Positions 1 to 10,833 of a stretch of 64,000 nt of DNA are shown here, piece by piece. The notes under the pieces were generated by a model. That model was given only the letters and a program-made list of their open reading frames with translations. It was not told where the DNA came from and did no database searches. Source of the DNA: Candidatus Poribacteria bacterium (GTDB taxonomy: Bacteria; Poribacteria; WGA-4E; WGA-3G); contig OZ251518.1 of the NCBI GenBank assembly GCA_965242965.1, positions 4,704,001 to 4,768,000 of the forward strand. The letters are read 5' to 3'. The position numbers were made by a program, and so were the translations under genes. The stretch's first letter is position 1. Each line of letters begins with the position of its first letter.

Positions 1-230
1 TAGCACTTAACTAACTGCCAAGCAGGATAGCATAGATGCCAACATCAAGAAAACCTCGTTTAATGTTCGCCAAGGCACCTTTGAAAAATAGTAAATAAAG
101 TGTCAACTGTGTCACGTATGCATCAAATAATACCACGAACGGATTAATTTGTCAATATTCCGCTGCCCGATTGCCGAAGCGATTCGTCAAACCGTTGGCG
201 CGCCGATTGTTCATATTGTGGTTTCTATTG

Positions 231-293
231 TTTGCGATCAGGCGATCGCAAACTACAGAAATGTCTCCGGTAGGAGAGACCTCCTGGTCTCGA
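231..293. repeat. Two divergently oriented GTAG-type REP palindromes
   Basis: TTTGCGATCAGGCGATCGCAAACTAC (231-256, GTAG on - strand) and GTAGGAGAGACCTCCTGGTCTCGA (270-293), just downstream of the DUF6785 gene. Confidence 0.8.
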
Positions 294-314
294 CACACCC
301 CGTAGGAGAATTGT

Positions 315-2285
315 TTAGCCAGGCAGCAACCGATACCCAATCCCCGTCATTAAACCGACAACAATCCAGATACCACCGATGAAGCATTCACCTAACACAA
401 CGCCTAAAACGAGAGGACGTAGTTTGCGATACTGCGCAACGCCACCGAACTTCAGCATCGTGTATTTCAGAAACCAACCGATGAAAAATGAGCCCCAAAA
501 ACAGTAGGTCGCGTAACTGGTTATCATCAAAGAGCCAATGGGATGTAGTTTCCACCAGAGGTAGTGGGTGCGCATCCAGAGCATGCCGAACATGGCAGCA
601 CCGCCGAAGATAAACGAACCGAGTCGTTCTGCCTCAATGCCGCTAGGATGCTGCAGAATGCTGGTGAGGCGATTAAACGGGACTGTCGTGGAAATCATGT
701 AAGTCCAGTGCTGTAGGTTGACTGCACCGTGCGTGTAGGGCAAGTCAAGAGAGGAGTAGTAAGATACACCGATGGCTAAGACGATTGCGATGCCCATGGC
801 GAGCAGAAACGGACGTTGTTTGAGGCGCAGAGGTTCGGCGAGTTTGAAGTTGTTCATCACGCCGGGCATCAGGATTTCGCGCATGTCGAACATGAGGACG
901 CGTTCGTAGGCGACGAGCGTCCAACTCGGCGCGTTGACGCGGGCACTCCCGAAGAGGGTGATGAGATATTCACTGGGGAGGAAGGAATAGAGGATGAACA
1001 GGAGGCCGCCGTTGGCAACCATCCACGTTCCTACCGTCGTCAGTGCGAGGAAAATGGCGAGGATGAAAACTGCTACCCAGAGACTCATCCCGGCGAGGTT
1101 GCATATCAGGACGAACAAAAGGCTTCCGATAATGAAACCGCTCACTGCCCAGACATAAGGTAAGGGTTCGTTTGCATCGTCGCGCGTTTTCTGTAGACTT
1201 CGCCCGGCAATGGTAGCGAAGGCGCGCCCGAAGTGCCGTCTGCCTGTCCAGAGGATAAATCCGATAAACACGAGCAGCGCGCCCATCTGCTGGTTTTGGT
1301 GGAAATTCCACTGATTTACCTTTGAGCCCGTGGCGTAGATAAGCACCGTCTCCATTTTTCCGAGGAGAAAGAAGAACCAGAAACTGAACGAGATTTCAAG
1401 TGTCAAGAGATAGACGATGGCGACAATCGATGGGAAAATGAAGAGGTTCACGGAGGGCCACCATGCCAAAGCGGAGAGCGGTTTTTCGGTGAAGAAGGCG
1501 GCGAGAGGAAAGTAGACTGGCGGATTCGGGAGAGCCGGAAAGTAGAGGTGCAACCCCTTCAAGCCGTGCAGGATGACAGGTATAGTAAAGCCGCCCCACA
1601 TCAACGGGGATTTAAAGAAGCGGTTTAAGAGAGCGCGCCCTGAAGGAGGCTGAAGCATCTCCATGGGCAGTTGGACGAGCGGGAAGGTGAACCGTTCGTG
1701 CTCAACCCACTGCTTGCGGAGTAGCACGCACCAACAAATAGTGACGACATAGAAGACGAGGACAAAGCCGCTCCACGCGACGATAGGTTTTATCCATGTT
1801 ATCCACGGGATGCTGTCGCCGTCGGGAAGCCGTTCGTAGAAATAGAAGACTGCTTTTGTGTCGCGCACTACCATCCATTCTGGCAAGTGTTGGTGAAAGA
1901 GTGCTGTCCATTCGTTTTCGGGTGTTGCGAAGTAGAACGGACTGATGGCGAGTGGGATGAGATAGCGCATTAACCCTGAGGAGGGGATGCCTGACGCGAC
2001 GAGCATCATCCCCCAAATCACGAGAAGTTCTGTGCTTTGAAGTTCAGTTCCCGGTTTCGTTCGTTTCAGGAGGACATTGACGCTGAGCACGCACACCAAC
2101 ATGAAGAAGACAACGGCGATAGGGAGGTGATTTCCTGCAAGGTAAGTGCCGCCGACGAAGAAATCGTTGTAAGGTGTGGCGAGGCATTGGCATATCACCG
2201 CGCTCATGCCGATGAGAACGCTTCGGAGAGTGATGCCGGCGGTGCGCGCGTCATGGGCGGCGGAACGCCGAGTTGGTTGTGTCAT
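315..2285 (-). CDS. DUF6785/DUF6784-family multi-pass membrane protein (putative transporter)
   Basis: 656 aa, many TM segments; LRKQWVEHERFTFPLVQLP, LPYTHGA, WWKLHPIG and GWFLKYTMLKFGG motifs typical of this family. Confidence 0.75.
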   Translation of the reverse strand: MTQPTRRSAAHDARTAGITLRSVLIGMSAVICQCLATPYNDFFVGGTYLAGNHLPIAVVFFMLVCVLSVNVLLKRTKPGTELQSTELLVIWGMMLVASGIPSSGLMRYLIPLAISPFYFATPENEWTALFHQHLPEWMVVRDTKAVFYFYERLPDGDSIPWITWIKPIVAWSGFVLVFYVVTICWCVLLRKQWVEHERFTFPLVQLPMEMLQPPSGRALLNRFFKSPLMWGGFTIPVILHGLKGLHLYFPALPNPPVYFPLAAFFTEKPLSALAWWPSVNLFIFPSIVAIVYLLTLEISFSFWFFFLLGKMETVLIYATGSKVNQWNFHQNQQMGALLVFIGFILWTGRRHFGRAFATIAGRSLQKTRDDANEPLPYVWAVSGFIIGSLLFVLICNLAGMSLWVAVFILAIFLALTTVGTWMVANGGLLFILYSFLPSEYLITLFGSARVNAPSWTLVAYERVLMFDMREILMPGVMNNFKLAEPLRLKQRPFLLAMGIAIVLAIGVSYYSSLDLPYTHGAVNLQHWTYMISTTVPFNRLTSILQHPSGIEAERLGSFIFGGAAMFGMLWMRTHYLWWKLHPIGSLMITSYATYCFWGSFFIGWFLKYTMLKFGGVAQYRKLRPLVLGVVLGECFIGGIWIVVGLMTGIGYRLLPG

Positions 2286-2533
2286 AGAGATGAATGAAGT
2301 CTATTGCGTGTCCGTTTTTTGCAAAGTCTACCACAATTTGCAATAGCCTGCAAGCGAAAAATGCCGCGCCGTGCGGAAATCGACTTTTTGCGTTTAAACC
2401 GCGCGAAAAAGCGGTTATTGCAACACTATCTGCACATTTTTATTTTTTCCTTGTTTTTTTTTGAAATTTTTGTTAAAATTCTAATGAATTTGCCTCTATT
2501 CGTGCAGAATGTCGATTTTTTTAAACAATTAAG

Positions 2534-2563
2534 TTGACAAAACGTTTAAGAGTGTAGTATTAT
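2534..2563 (+). promoter_or_regulatory. Sigma-70-type promoter of the sigma factor gene
   Basis: TTGACA (2534-2539), 18 bp, TATTAT (2558-2563); AGGAGAGGAG RBS before ATG 2616. Confidence 0.6.
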
Positions 2564-2615
2564 TAATTGTTGTATCGATCTGGTCGAAAATTTTATCATC
2601 AAGGAGAGGAGAAGA

Positions 2616-4007
2616 ATGGAAACTGAGTTTTCCAGCGAAACAGAATATTTTGGGAGTGTCAATTCGTACCTAAAGGATACTTATCCGTTAGATGACACCG
2701 AGCTCGTTGAGAGCTATGAGATTGGCAGCGACCGGAGTGCATTGAAAACGTGGCTTCGGAGTGTTGCCGGGCACCGTATACTGACTCGCGAGGAGGAAGT
2801 AGACTTGGCGAAGCGGATCGAGGCCGGGAATATGGTGCTTGATGCGCTCGGACTTGACAAGGACGTGGCGTTCACCTATATCGTAGACAACTCACCCACC
2901 TACCCGCAGTTCAAAAAGTGGGTAGTAGACTTGGCGAAGCGGATTGAGGCGGCTGGGGACATGGTGCTTGATGCGCTCGGACTTGACAAGGACGCGACGT
3001 TCACCTATATCGCAGACAATTCGCCGACTTACCGGCAGTTCGAGGCGTGGGTATTGGAGCAGAGAGAAGGCAGTCTTGATACCGCCATCGACGCGCAAAT
3101 CAACAGGCTCGATGCCGATGCCTTCGCGACACTCAACACCGCGATAGATGCCCGTAAGGCGTGGGTATTGGAGCAGAGAGAAGGCAGTCTTGATACCGCC
3201 ATCGACGCGCAAATCAACAGGCTTGATGCCGATGCCTTCGCAACACTCAACACTGCGATAGATGCCCGCGACGAACTCGTGGAGACAAACCTGCGGCTCG
3301 TTATCTCGATCGCCATTAAGTTCCAAGGCCGCAACGTCCCCTTGGAAGACCTGATTCAAGAGGGGAACCTCGGGCTGATTCGTGCGGCGGACAAGTTTGA
3401 TTACCGGAAGGGGTTCAAGTTCAGCACCTACGCAATCTGGTGGATCAAGCAGGGCATTATGCGCTCGCTTGAGAATTTCTCCCGGTCGATCCGTCTGCCA
3501 TCCTATATCGTGTCGGAGATGAACAAGTTCGATTCCGTCTATGCAACGCTGTGTCAGAAATTGCAGCGGGAGCCGACGCGTGCGGAAATGGCAGAGGCGT
3601 TAGAGGTGACTGTGGAACAGGTAGACGAAATCCTGGCATTTAACTCGGACACGATGTCAATGGACATGCCGTTGAACCAGGGTGTTTCGTCGGCGACGCT
3701 AGGCGACCTGGTCGAAGATCGTCACACCGGCGAAAATGCAGGGCATATTGCCGAAATGATTAACGCCGACCTGGTGGCTGAGATTCTGAGTAAGCTGCCC
3801 GAACGTGAGCAGATCGTGCTCAAGATGCGCTACGGTCTGGAAGATGGAGAGCGGAAGACACTCCGAGAGATTGGAGATGCCTTGGACGTAACCCGAGAAC
3901 GGATCCGGCAGTTGGAAATTTGTGCAATTGCGCAATTGCGAACGCTCTACAACGAGATGGGAGAGCTGCGTTCGCAGGAACCACGGAGAAACCGGTCCGC
4001 CGCGTAA
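2616..4007 (+). CDS. RNA polymerase sigma-70 factor (RpoD/RpoS-like, no region 1.1) with internal duplications
   Basis: Region 1.2 [14 protein letters not shown], region 2 NLRLVISIA...[35 protein letters not shown], region 4 [20 protein letters not shown]. Confidence 0.95.
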   Translation: METEFSSETEYFGSVNSYLKDTYPLDDTELVESYEIGSDRSALKTWLRSVAGHRILTREEEVDLAKRIEAGNMVLDALGLDKDVAFTYIVDNSPTYPQFKKWVVDLAKRIEAAGDMVLDALGLDKDATFTYIADNSPTYRQFEAWVLEQREGSLDTAIDAQINRLDADAFATLNTAIDARKAWVLEQREGSLDTAIDAQINRLDADAFATLNTAIDARDELVETNLRLVISIAIKFQGRNVPLEDLIQEGNLGLIRAADKFDYRKGFKFSTYAIWWIKQGIMRSLENFSRSIRLPSYIVSEMNKFDSVYATLCQKLQREPTRAEMAEALEVTVEQVDEILAFNSDTMSMDMPLNQGVSSATLGDLVEDRHTGENAGHIAEMINADLVAEILSKLPEREQIVLKMRYGLEDGERKTLREIGDALDVTRERIRQLEICAIAQLRTLYNEMGELRSQEPRRNRSAA

Positions 4008-4029
4008 GCGCGGCGCGCCGAAGGCGACT

Positions 4030-4632
4030 ATGAAGAATTTCTTGAAGAAGTTCACGGGCACCGAAACCCCGTGGCTTACCGTCACCGAAACCGCAGAAAA
4101 AAAGGTTCACGAAGTGATCCAGAACGAAGAGGTTGATGTGGCAGGCTTGCGCGTTAGCATCCAAAGCCGCACCGCCGCCGCGTTCCAATACAGTCTCGGT
4201 TTAGCTACCGAGGCAGAAGAGGACGACATCGTCGTTCAATGCCAGCATTTTAAGGTGTTGGTAGCCGCGGACAGCGCGGAGAACCTCAAGGGCGCGGTGA
4301 TTGACTACGTGGAAGACTTGAACGCGAGCGGGTTCCAGATTGAGAACCCTAACACGCCGACATGGGATAACCCGAAAGCGCAGCAGATTCAGCAGTTAAT
4401 CGATGAACGGATTAACCCTGCTGTCGCCGCACACGGCGGCCAGGTAGAACTCCTGAACGTCGATGACGAAGCCGTTTACATTCACATGGGCGGCGGCTGC
4501 CAAGGCTGTGGCATGGCTAATGTCACCCTCAAACACGGCATTGAAGCGATGATTCTGGAGGCGTTCCCAGAAATTAAGCACGTGATTGACACCACCGATC
4601 ACGCGGCGGGAAGCAATCCGTATTACGCGTAA
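4030..4632 (+). CDS. nfuA: NfuA-like Fe-S cluster biogenesis protein (A-type domain plus NifU C-terminal domain)
   Basis: IDYVEDLNASGFQIENPN and INPAVAAHGG...GGGCQGC motifs; start taken at ATG 4030. Confidence 0.85.
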   Translation: MKNFLKKFTGTETPWLTVTETAEKKVHEVIQNEEVDVAGLRVSIQSRTAAAFQYSLGLATEAEEDDIVVQCQHFKVLVAADSAENLKGAVIDYVEDLNASGFQIENPNTPTWDNPKAQQIQQLIDERINPAVAAHGGQVELLNVDDEAVYIHMGGGCQGCGMANVTLKHGIEAMILEAFPEIKHVIDTTDHAAGSNPYYA

Positions 4633-4643
4633 CCCCTTAACAG

Positions 4644-4678
4644 AAAGGGCGGGCCATCGGGCCCGCCTTTTTTATTTT
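4644..4678. terminator. Probable bidirectional intrinsic terminator
   Basis: AAAG-GGCGGGCC-ATCG-GGCCCGCC-TTTTT between convergent genes. Confidence 0.75.
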
Positions 4679-5643
4679 TCAGGCACAATTTGCGCGCCGA
4701 CGTTATTCGCGCGCGTAACAAAACAACTCCCACCTTTCGGCAGGGTTTCAAGGAATGCCTCTGTCTTCCGTTTCAACTCTTCAATGTCCAAACTGACTGC
4801 GCAGATTGCCGGCCCCCAACTGCTAACGCCCGCGCCTAGTGCACCGTTATGCTGTAGGAATTCAAGCGTCTGTTGCAGTTCCTGTCCCTGCGCGTCAATT
4901 TCCACCCGTTTCCATCCAAATGTCTGAATCTGATTTAACGCCTCGCCGAAGCGGCGCATATCCTCTTCAAGGATAGCGGGTAATATCTGGAGGAGCAGGA
5001 TATGTGAAAGGCGCGGCGCGATGGATGCCGGTTGCGGGCACAGCGTCCGAAAGAGTTCAAGCTCTGCTTCGCCGTAAATCCGAGAGCAGTTCGGCAGGAC
5101 AATGAGGAGGGGCCACGCAGGGAACGGGTATCGGAGTAAAATCGGCGGGGGAGAAATGTTGCCCACGGCGGAAGATGGGAGAAAGGAGGCTTTCTGCTCC
5201 GGATAGCGGTGCCCGCCATCAACGATGAAGCCACCGGTATCAAACGCGGCGACACCGATGCCGGAGGTGCCGCCGCGCCCGACGACGCGCGCTAAATCAA
5301 GCACGCTTAAATTGAGCCCATACAAGAGATTAACGGCGTGCGCGACACCGAGTGAGAGTTGTGTGCCTGAACCGAACCCGCTGTGCATCGGGATTTCCGA
5401 GGTGATTTCAAGCCCGATGCCGGGAAACGGATAGGTTTCTTGGAGACGCGCCAAGACGTGACACGCGCGTTCACGATACACGGAATCTGCCACGTGAATG
5501 CCAGCCGCCCGTTCGGCAGTGATGCAGAAATGCGGATGCTCAATTGCCAAACCGAACCCGCCATCAATCCGGCCTAACGCGCCGTTCAAATCGATGAGTG
5601 AGAAGTGGAGCCGCGCAGGCGTGGTAATTGTAACGTGGTGCAT
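4672..5643 (-). CDS. Beta-ribofuranosylaminobenzene 5'-phosphate (beta-RFAP) synthase, GHMP kinase family
   Basis: TPARLHFSLIDLNGALGRIDGGFG, PMHSGFGSGTQL, GRGGTSGIGVAAFDTGGFIVDGGH, SSWGP; start set at ATG 5643 because the longer ORF runs through a REP. Confidence 0.9.
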   Translation of the reverse strand: MHHVTITTPARLHFSLIDLNGALGRIDGGFGLAIEHPHFCITAERAAGIHVADSVYRERACHVLARLQETYPFPGIGLEITSEIPMHSGFGSGTQLSLGVAHAVNLLYGLNLSVLDLARVVGRGGTSGIGVAAFDTGGFIVDGGHRYPEQKASFLPSSAVGNISPPPILLRYPFPAWPLLIVLPNCSRIYGEAELELFRTLCPQPASIAPRLSHILLLQILPAILEEDMRRFGEALNQIQTFGWKRVEIDAQGQELQQTLEFLQHNGALGAGVSSWGPAICAVSLDIEELKRKTEAFLETLPKGGSCFVTRANNVGAQIVPEK

Positions 5644-5802
5644 TGTTGAGTTAACCGGTAGGAGAGACCTCCCGGTCTCGATTTCTGCGTGGTAATTGTA
5701 ACGTGGTGCATTATTGAGACTAAGGCGCGTGGCGATACACAGCGAGTTCAATTGAACCGCTTCTGAAAATCACAGACTCGGTTGGAACGGTGATTGTTCT
5801 TG

Positions 5803-6528
5803 TTATTCTTCGCCATTTCTGGCCTCTCCATTTCTGTCCTCTCCATTTCCGTTTCGCCTCACGTCGCGCTCAATGAGTCCATCCCGGATGTGGAGGACGC
5901 GTTGCGCGTGCTCGGCCACTTCAGGTTCGTGCGTTACCATGATGATGGTGTTCCCGTCGGCATTGAGCCGGTCGAAAATCGCCATGATTTCGTCGCCGGA
6001 CTTGGTATCCAAGTTGCCAGTCGGTTCATCGGCGAAGATCATTGAGGGCCGATTGACTAGCGCGCGCGCGATGGCAACCCGCTGAATCTGTCCACCGGAG
6101 AGCTCCGTGGATTTGTGATCTACCCGGTCTGCCAGTCCTACTGCCTCCAGCGATTCAAAGGCACGCCGTTTCCGCTCCTTCCTGCTGATACCGGAATAGA
6201 TGAGCGGCAATTCCACATTGTGGAGTGCGCTCGTTCGCGGCAGCAAGTTAAATGACTGGAACACAAAACCGATTTTCCGGTTCCGGATATCTGCCAGCCG
6301 GTTATCGGAAAGGTTACCTACCTCCTCGCCTTCAAGATAATACTCGCCGGCCGTAGGCGTTGCAAGGCATCCGAGAATATCCATCATCGTCGATTTCCCG
6401 GAACCGGAAGGGCCCATAATGGCGATAAACTCACCCGATGTAACAGCGAAGGACACACCGCGCAAGGCATGCACCTGCACATCGCCCATCTGATAGACTT
6501 TGGTTAAGTCTCTGACATCAATTAGCAT
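5803..6528 (-). CDS. ABC transporter ATP-binding protein (MacB/LolD-like)
   Basis: [28 protein letters not shown]; GAGG RBS before ATG 6528. Confidence 0.95.
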   Translation of the reverse strand: MLIDVRDLTKVYQMGDVQVHALRGVSFAVTSGEFIAIMGPSGSGKSTMMDILGCLATPTAGEYYLEGEEVGNLSDNRLADIRNRKIGFVFQSFNLLPRTSALHNVELPLIYSGISRKERKRRAFESLEAVGLADRVDHKSTELSGGQIQRVAIARALVNRPSMIFADEPTGNLDTKSGDEIMAIFDRLNADGNTIIMVTHEPEVAEHAQRVLHIRDGLIERDVRRNGNGEDRNGEARNGEE

Positions 6529-6679
6529 AAGTATAGCACCTCTTCTGCGTTGTTTTTTTTCCAGCGAACGACATTTTCCTTGATAGGAGCCCCCTCTTCC
6601 CGAATCGGAAGCCTCGTGACCGGGGGGATTTCTACTGAGGATAAAACTAAATGAGGGTGTTTCATAACTCGTTTTCCCC

Positions 6680-6822
6680 GGTAGGAGGGACATCCTTATC
6701 CCGATACGGTAGACATCGAGACCGGGAGGGCTCTCCTACGGGAATGCATCGAGACCGGGAGGGCTCTCCTACCGGCAATTCCCCCATTTTTTCACAGCAG
6801 CGCGAGGGCCTGTCACCGCGAC
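6680..6822. repeat. Intergenic REP cluster
   Basis: GTAGGAGGGACATCCTTATCCCGAT, two tandem ATCGAGACCGGGAGGGCTCTCCTAC and a GCGCGAGGGCCTGTCACCGCG copy. Confidence 0.8.
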
Positions 6823-6876
6823 GTTGAGCGCTTTAGGAAACACCCTCAACTAAATCGCGCTGCGAGCAATGCGGGA

Positions 6877-8856
6877 TTATTTGTCGCCATCGTCATCGTC
6901 ACCGCCGGAGTCCTTCGTTAATTCTGTCATTGATGGCACGAAAACCCGGTCGCCTTCTTTCATCCCCTCGGTGATCTGAAAGTGCGTGATGTTCCGCTCC
7001 CCGACTTTGATATGGGTTTTAACCCCCTTTTGTCCCTCTTTTTTCTTATCGGCGGAGGCTTCACCGGTATCAAGCATGACGAAGAACTGCCGTTCACTCT
7101 TCACCTGCGCTTCTACGCCGCTGAGTTCGTTGTTATCAGAGATGACAATGACGAGCTCGGTTGGGCCGGTGCGCAATCCTTTCGGTGAACCGTCAAGCAG
7201 TATTTCAAGATTACCTTCGGACTTGTCAGATGAAATCTGTCCGACGCTGCCGGGGAACTCCTTGCCGATGAGGTTCCGTATTTTCAGTTTCTGTCCTTTC
7301 TGAAACTGCCCGAGCTGAGTTGCGGTGAGAGTCGCCGTGACGGTGACAATCTCCGGATTCATCACGGCGGCAATCGGCAGTTGCAGGATATCGGACTCTT
7401 CAAACACGATGATGTCCACATCGGCGGACATGCCGGGCATGAGCTCCGGCGGGGAACCTAGCACCTCTATGTCCACTTCAAACCGTATGACACCGCTCTG
7501 GTTCTGTTGTCCACGCGGCGTGGCACTGGGTGAAATCTCGCTCACTTTACCCTCAAAAATGCGGCCCGGGTGGCTGTCAACGGTGATTTCTGCACGCTGG
7601 CCTTCGGATATCTTGCCAATTTCGACCTGGTTGATTTGGGTGCGGACAATCATCTGCGTGAGGTCAGCGATGCGCATGATTGCTTCCCCACGCGAGAAAG
7701 AGGAACGTCCCGATGTGATTATCTCGCCTTCTTCGACAACAAGCCGCGTGATTGTGCCAGACATCGGTGCGGTGACTGTTGTCCAATCGTATCGTTCCTG
7801 TTGCGATTTGAGTTGACTTGCAGAACGGAGGCGGTTCGCTTCCGCGCTGACCATGGCGTGTTGCGTCAACTGTTTCTCTTCTTCGGTTGTCTCTTGGATT
7901 TTTTGGAGGCGTGTGCGCGCGTCCTCTACATCGGCACGGAGCCGCTTTTCCTCCGCCTCTTGGGACGTTTTCAATGTCTCCACGTTCTTTTTGCGGAGTT
8001 CTAGCGTTGCTTGGCGGCTTTCAATGGCTTGCTCCCTAGCGTTGATATTCTCCTCTTGAGATTTAATCGTCTCGTTTTGCGATTCCACCTCTTTTTGGGA
8101 GGTTTCATATTGCGAGGTTGCGTTCGCGAGTTGCCTTTGCGATTCCTCAAGTGCCTGTTTGGAAATAAGGTTTTTCTCAAACAGCCCCTGATTCCGATGG
8201 TATTCGGACTCTGCTGTCTCAAACGCAATTTTTGCAGATTTCAGGGTGGCTTGCGTGCGCTCCAGCGTCAATTTCGCCTGCGCAAGCGAGATTTCCGCCT
8301 GGCGTTTGTCAATGTTATCCTGATTAAGCGAGTTCAGCGTTGTAGCGACTTGCGTCTCCGCGTCGGCTATCCGCTGCTGCTTATTGGCAATAAAGGATGC
8401 CAAACTTGCTTGCGCCTTCTCGACAGAATTTGCCGCCTGAAGGAGGCTACTCGCCTGCTCTTTTTCGGTGATTTTGATGCGAAGTTCCGCCTGTTTGAGC
8501 TGCGCTTCACTCGCCTCCAGGTTCGCCTCCGCCTGTTTTCTCTCTTCTAAAATCTGTTCCTCGTCAATTTTGAGGAGCGGTTGTCCCGCCGCAACGAGCT
8601 CCCCCTCATCAACGAAAATTTCAAGGATTTCGCCCTCAACGTTGGAGCGGACATCCACCTCAATGAAGGAACGGAGGTAGCCGGACTCCCGGACCTTGAC
8701 GAGGAATTTGCCGCGCCGCACGACTTCGATTTTGTCCTCGTCTTCCTTTTGCTGCTTTCCGATTGTGAGATTCATGCGCGTCGCGCCGATTGCAGCGGCG
8801 GCGATAACTACAAGGGCGGCGACACCGATAATAATCCACTTTTTTCGGTTCTTCAC
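6877..8856 (-). CDS. Efflux periplasmic adaptor (HlyD/MacA family) with a long coiled coil
   Basis: N-terminal TM, lipoyl half-motifs VRSNVEGEILEIFVDEGE and TAPMSGTIT, LMPGMSADVDI. Confidence 0.9.
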   Translation of the reverse strand: MKNRKKWIIIGVAALVVIAAAAIGATRMNLTIGKQQKEDEDKIEVVRRGKFLVKVRESGYLRSFIEVDVRSNVEGEILEIFVDEGELVAAGQPLLKIDEEQILEERKQAEANLEASEAQLKQAELRIKITEKEQASSLLQAANSVEKAQASLASFIANKQQRIADAETQVATTLNSLNQDNIDKRQAEISLAQAKLTLERTQATLKSAKIAFETAESEYHRNQGLFEKNLISKQALEESQRQLANATSQYETSQKEVESQNETIKSQEENINAREQAIESRQATLELRKKNVETLKTSQEAEEKRLRADVEDARTRLQKIQETTEEEKQLTQHAMVSAEANRLRSASQLKSQQERYDWTTVTAPMSGTITRLVVEEGEIITSGRSSFSRGEAIMRIADLTQMIVRTQINQVEIGKISEGQRAEITVDSHPGRIFEGKVSEISPSATPRGQQNQSGVIRFEVDIEVLGSPPELMPGMSADVDIIVFEESDILQLPIAAVMNPEIVTVTATLTATQLGQFQKGQKLKIRNLIGKEFPGSVGQISSDKSEGNLEILLDGSPKGLRTGPTELVIVISDNNELSGVEAQVKSERQFFVMLDTGEASADKKKEGQKGVKTHIKVGERNITHFQITEGMKEGDRVFVPSMTELTKDSGGDDDDGDK

Positions 8857-8858
8857 GG

Positions 8859-10190
8859 TTATTGTAACACTCCCATTGCGTCTTGTAAGCGAGTTTGCGC
8901 GATTTTGTAGTCGTAGAAGGCATTCACCTGATTGGTAAGTGCCTGCGCGTAATCTGTCTGCGCTTCGAGCAATTCCAGCAGAATCGCTTTGTCTACTTCA
9001 AAACGGCCTTGGATGACATCAAGACTCAGTTTTGCGTTAACAACCTGTGTCTGGGTGATGTCCAATGCGGCTTCACTCCGTTTCAGATTGAGATAAGATT
9101 GCCGCACGTCCAAAGCGACAGAACGCTCGAGGTCGCTTGCATTCTCGCGGGTTTGCTCAAGTTGCAGTCGGACCTCTTTCACCTGATTACTGAGAATTCC
9201 GCCATCAAAGAGCGTGAAGTTCAGCGAGGCACCAACACTCCAACTCCGGAAATCCGAGAAATTCTCGCGTTTACGCAGGTAGTCGTCAAGGTTGACATTA
9301 TAGTTGACATCGGCATTGAGCCGGGGCCACCGTTGCAGGCTTGATAGCGTGAGCGTCCACTCCTGTTCTTTCAATTGCTCCTGAATTTCCTGAAATTCAG
9401 GACGGTTTTCAAGAGCTGTCTGGATGGCCTCTTCAATCGGTATACCCATCCGCTCAATTGTGCCCCTGTCTAGATACAGTTGGTATGCCTCGTCTACAGC
9501 GACAGTTAGTAGTAACCCCGGGTCTAATCCGAGGAGCTGCGGCAATGTGGCCTGCGCGATTTGCAACGAATTCTGGTTATTCAACAGAGACAACCTATCG
9601 TTATCCTCGCGGACTTGTGCAGTGGCGACATCCGCTGGGATGAGCGAGCCTGCCTCCACAAAATCCTGCGTCCGTTGGGTGTTATCCTGCGAGCGCGCCA
9701 GAATTTCCTCACTGACATTGACTAATTCTTGCCGTTTAAGGACGTTGTAATAGGCTTCCGTGATTTGGAAGATTAAACTCTGTTTAATTTCCTCGTTGCG
9801 GCTTTCGGTGGCGTTGCGCCGCGATTTTGACTGCGCATAGCTGCCCTCACGCTGCCCGTTATCCCAGAGGGTGTATTGTCCCCTGAGCCCTAAGTCGTAG
9901 TTTTCGGGTTCAAAGCCGAAGTCAACCTGGTCGGAAAAATCGTAGCTGCCGGTAGCGAAGATTTGCGGGAAATAGCGGGCCCGCGCGTTGTTCACGCGGA
10001 GTTCTTGGATGGCGAGGTTTAACCTCGCGTTCCGCATCCGCGTCGATTTCTCCAACCCGATTTGGATACATTGCTCAAGTGTTAGCGGTTGCGATAAGTC
10101 AACTGCGGCCGGTTCTTGTGCCGCGACGCAAGAAATCGCTAGAACCTGAACAATGAGGATAAAAACGAACCGTGTCTGCCATTGAATCAT
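8859..10190 (-). CDS. TolC-family outer membrane efflux protein
   Basis: Signal peptide, LTLEQCIQIGLE, duplicated OEP repeats; AAGGAG RBS before ATG 10190. Confidence 0.9.
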   Translation of the reverse strand: MIQWQTRFVFILIVQVLAISCVAAQEPAAVDLSQPLTLEQCIQIGLEKSTRMRNARLNLAIQELRVNNARARYFPQIFATGSYDFSDQVDFGFEPENYDLGLRGQYTLWDNGQREGSYAQSKSRRNATESRNEEIKQSLIFQITEAYYNVLKRQELVNVSEEILARSQDNTQRTQDFVEAGSLIPADVATAQVREDNDRLSLLNNQNSLQIAQATLPQLLGLDPGLLLTVAVDEAYQLYLDRGTIERMGIPIEEAIQTALENRPEFQEIQEQLKEQEWTLTLSSLQRWPRLNADVNYNVNLDDYLRKRENFSDFRSWSVGASLNFTLFDGGILSNQVKEVRLQLEQTRENASDLERSVALDVRQSYLNLKRSEAALDITQTQVVNAKLSLDVIQGRFEVDKAILLELLEAQTDYAQALTNQVNAFYDYKIAQTRLQDAMGVLQ

Positions 10191-10260
10191 TAACTTCTCC
10201 TTGGACGCTGATACCCAATCCGTTGGAGTCGCCTCAGCTCTGTTGCAGGATGCCTTAGGT

Positions 10261-10430
10261 ATCGGGACAGGGATGTCCCTCCTACCAACAGAAGGCATCG
10301 GGACAGGGATGTCCCTCCTACCGAACGGAAGGCATCGGGACAGGGATGTCCCTCCTACTGACAGAAGTGTCGGGACAGGGATGTCCTACCTACTGACAGA
10401 AGGTGTCGGGACAGGGATGTCCTATCCTAC
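10261..10430 (-). repeat. Tandem array of five REPs (period about 35-37 bp)
   Basis: (A/G)TCGGGACAGGGATGTCC(CT)CCTAC x5 separated by near-identical ~11-bp linkers such as TGACAGAAGG. Confidence 0.9.
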
Positions 10431-10833
10431 TGCAAATCTTGTCCTGCTCAGAATCAAGGGATTCCGAATTTGGTATTATATAGAGTCCGCTAAGACTCAA
10501 AAGGATAGTAAAAAAACGAAAATTCTGCTGATGGGTTCTGCCAATTGGTAAACCCGTTACGTTTTTGACAGATGTCTGCGCCAAAAGTTCAAGAAACATC
10601 GCGAACGCAGTTCTCTGCATGATTATTTGTTTAGACGCAATTTGGCGATGAACGTTTAGCGTGTTTTTTCTGTAAGTGCGGATGGCGTTAAATCTCCACT
10701 CGCCGAGTTCGCCAGAAATGGACAGACATGAAAATCTGTCCTTACGCTTAACTTTTTTGTGGCAATGATGTTGAATGTGTGTTAAACTAATTGAAAATCG
10801 CTTCTAATAGGAAAGGCACTAGGAATTAGGAAA

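Noticed and set aside
10261-10430. CRISPR-like array
   Set aside because: Linkers are ~11 bp and near-identical, the repeat is a dispersed GTAG REP, and no cas genes are present
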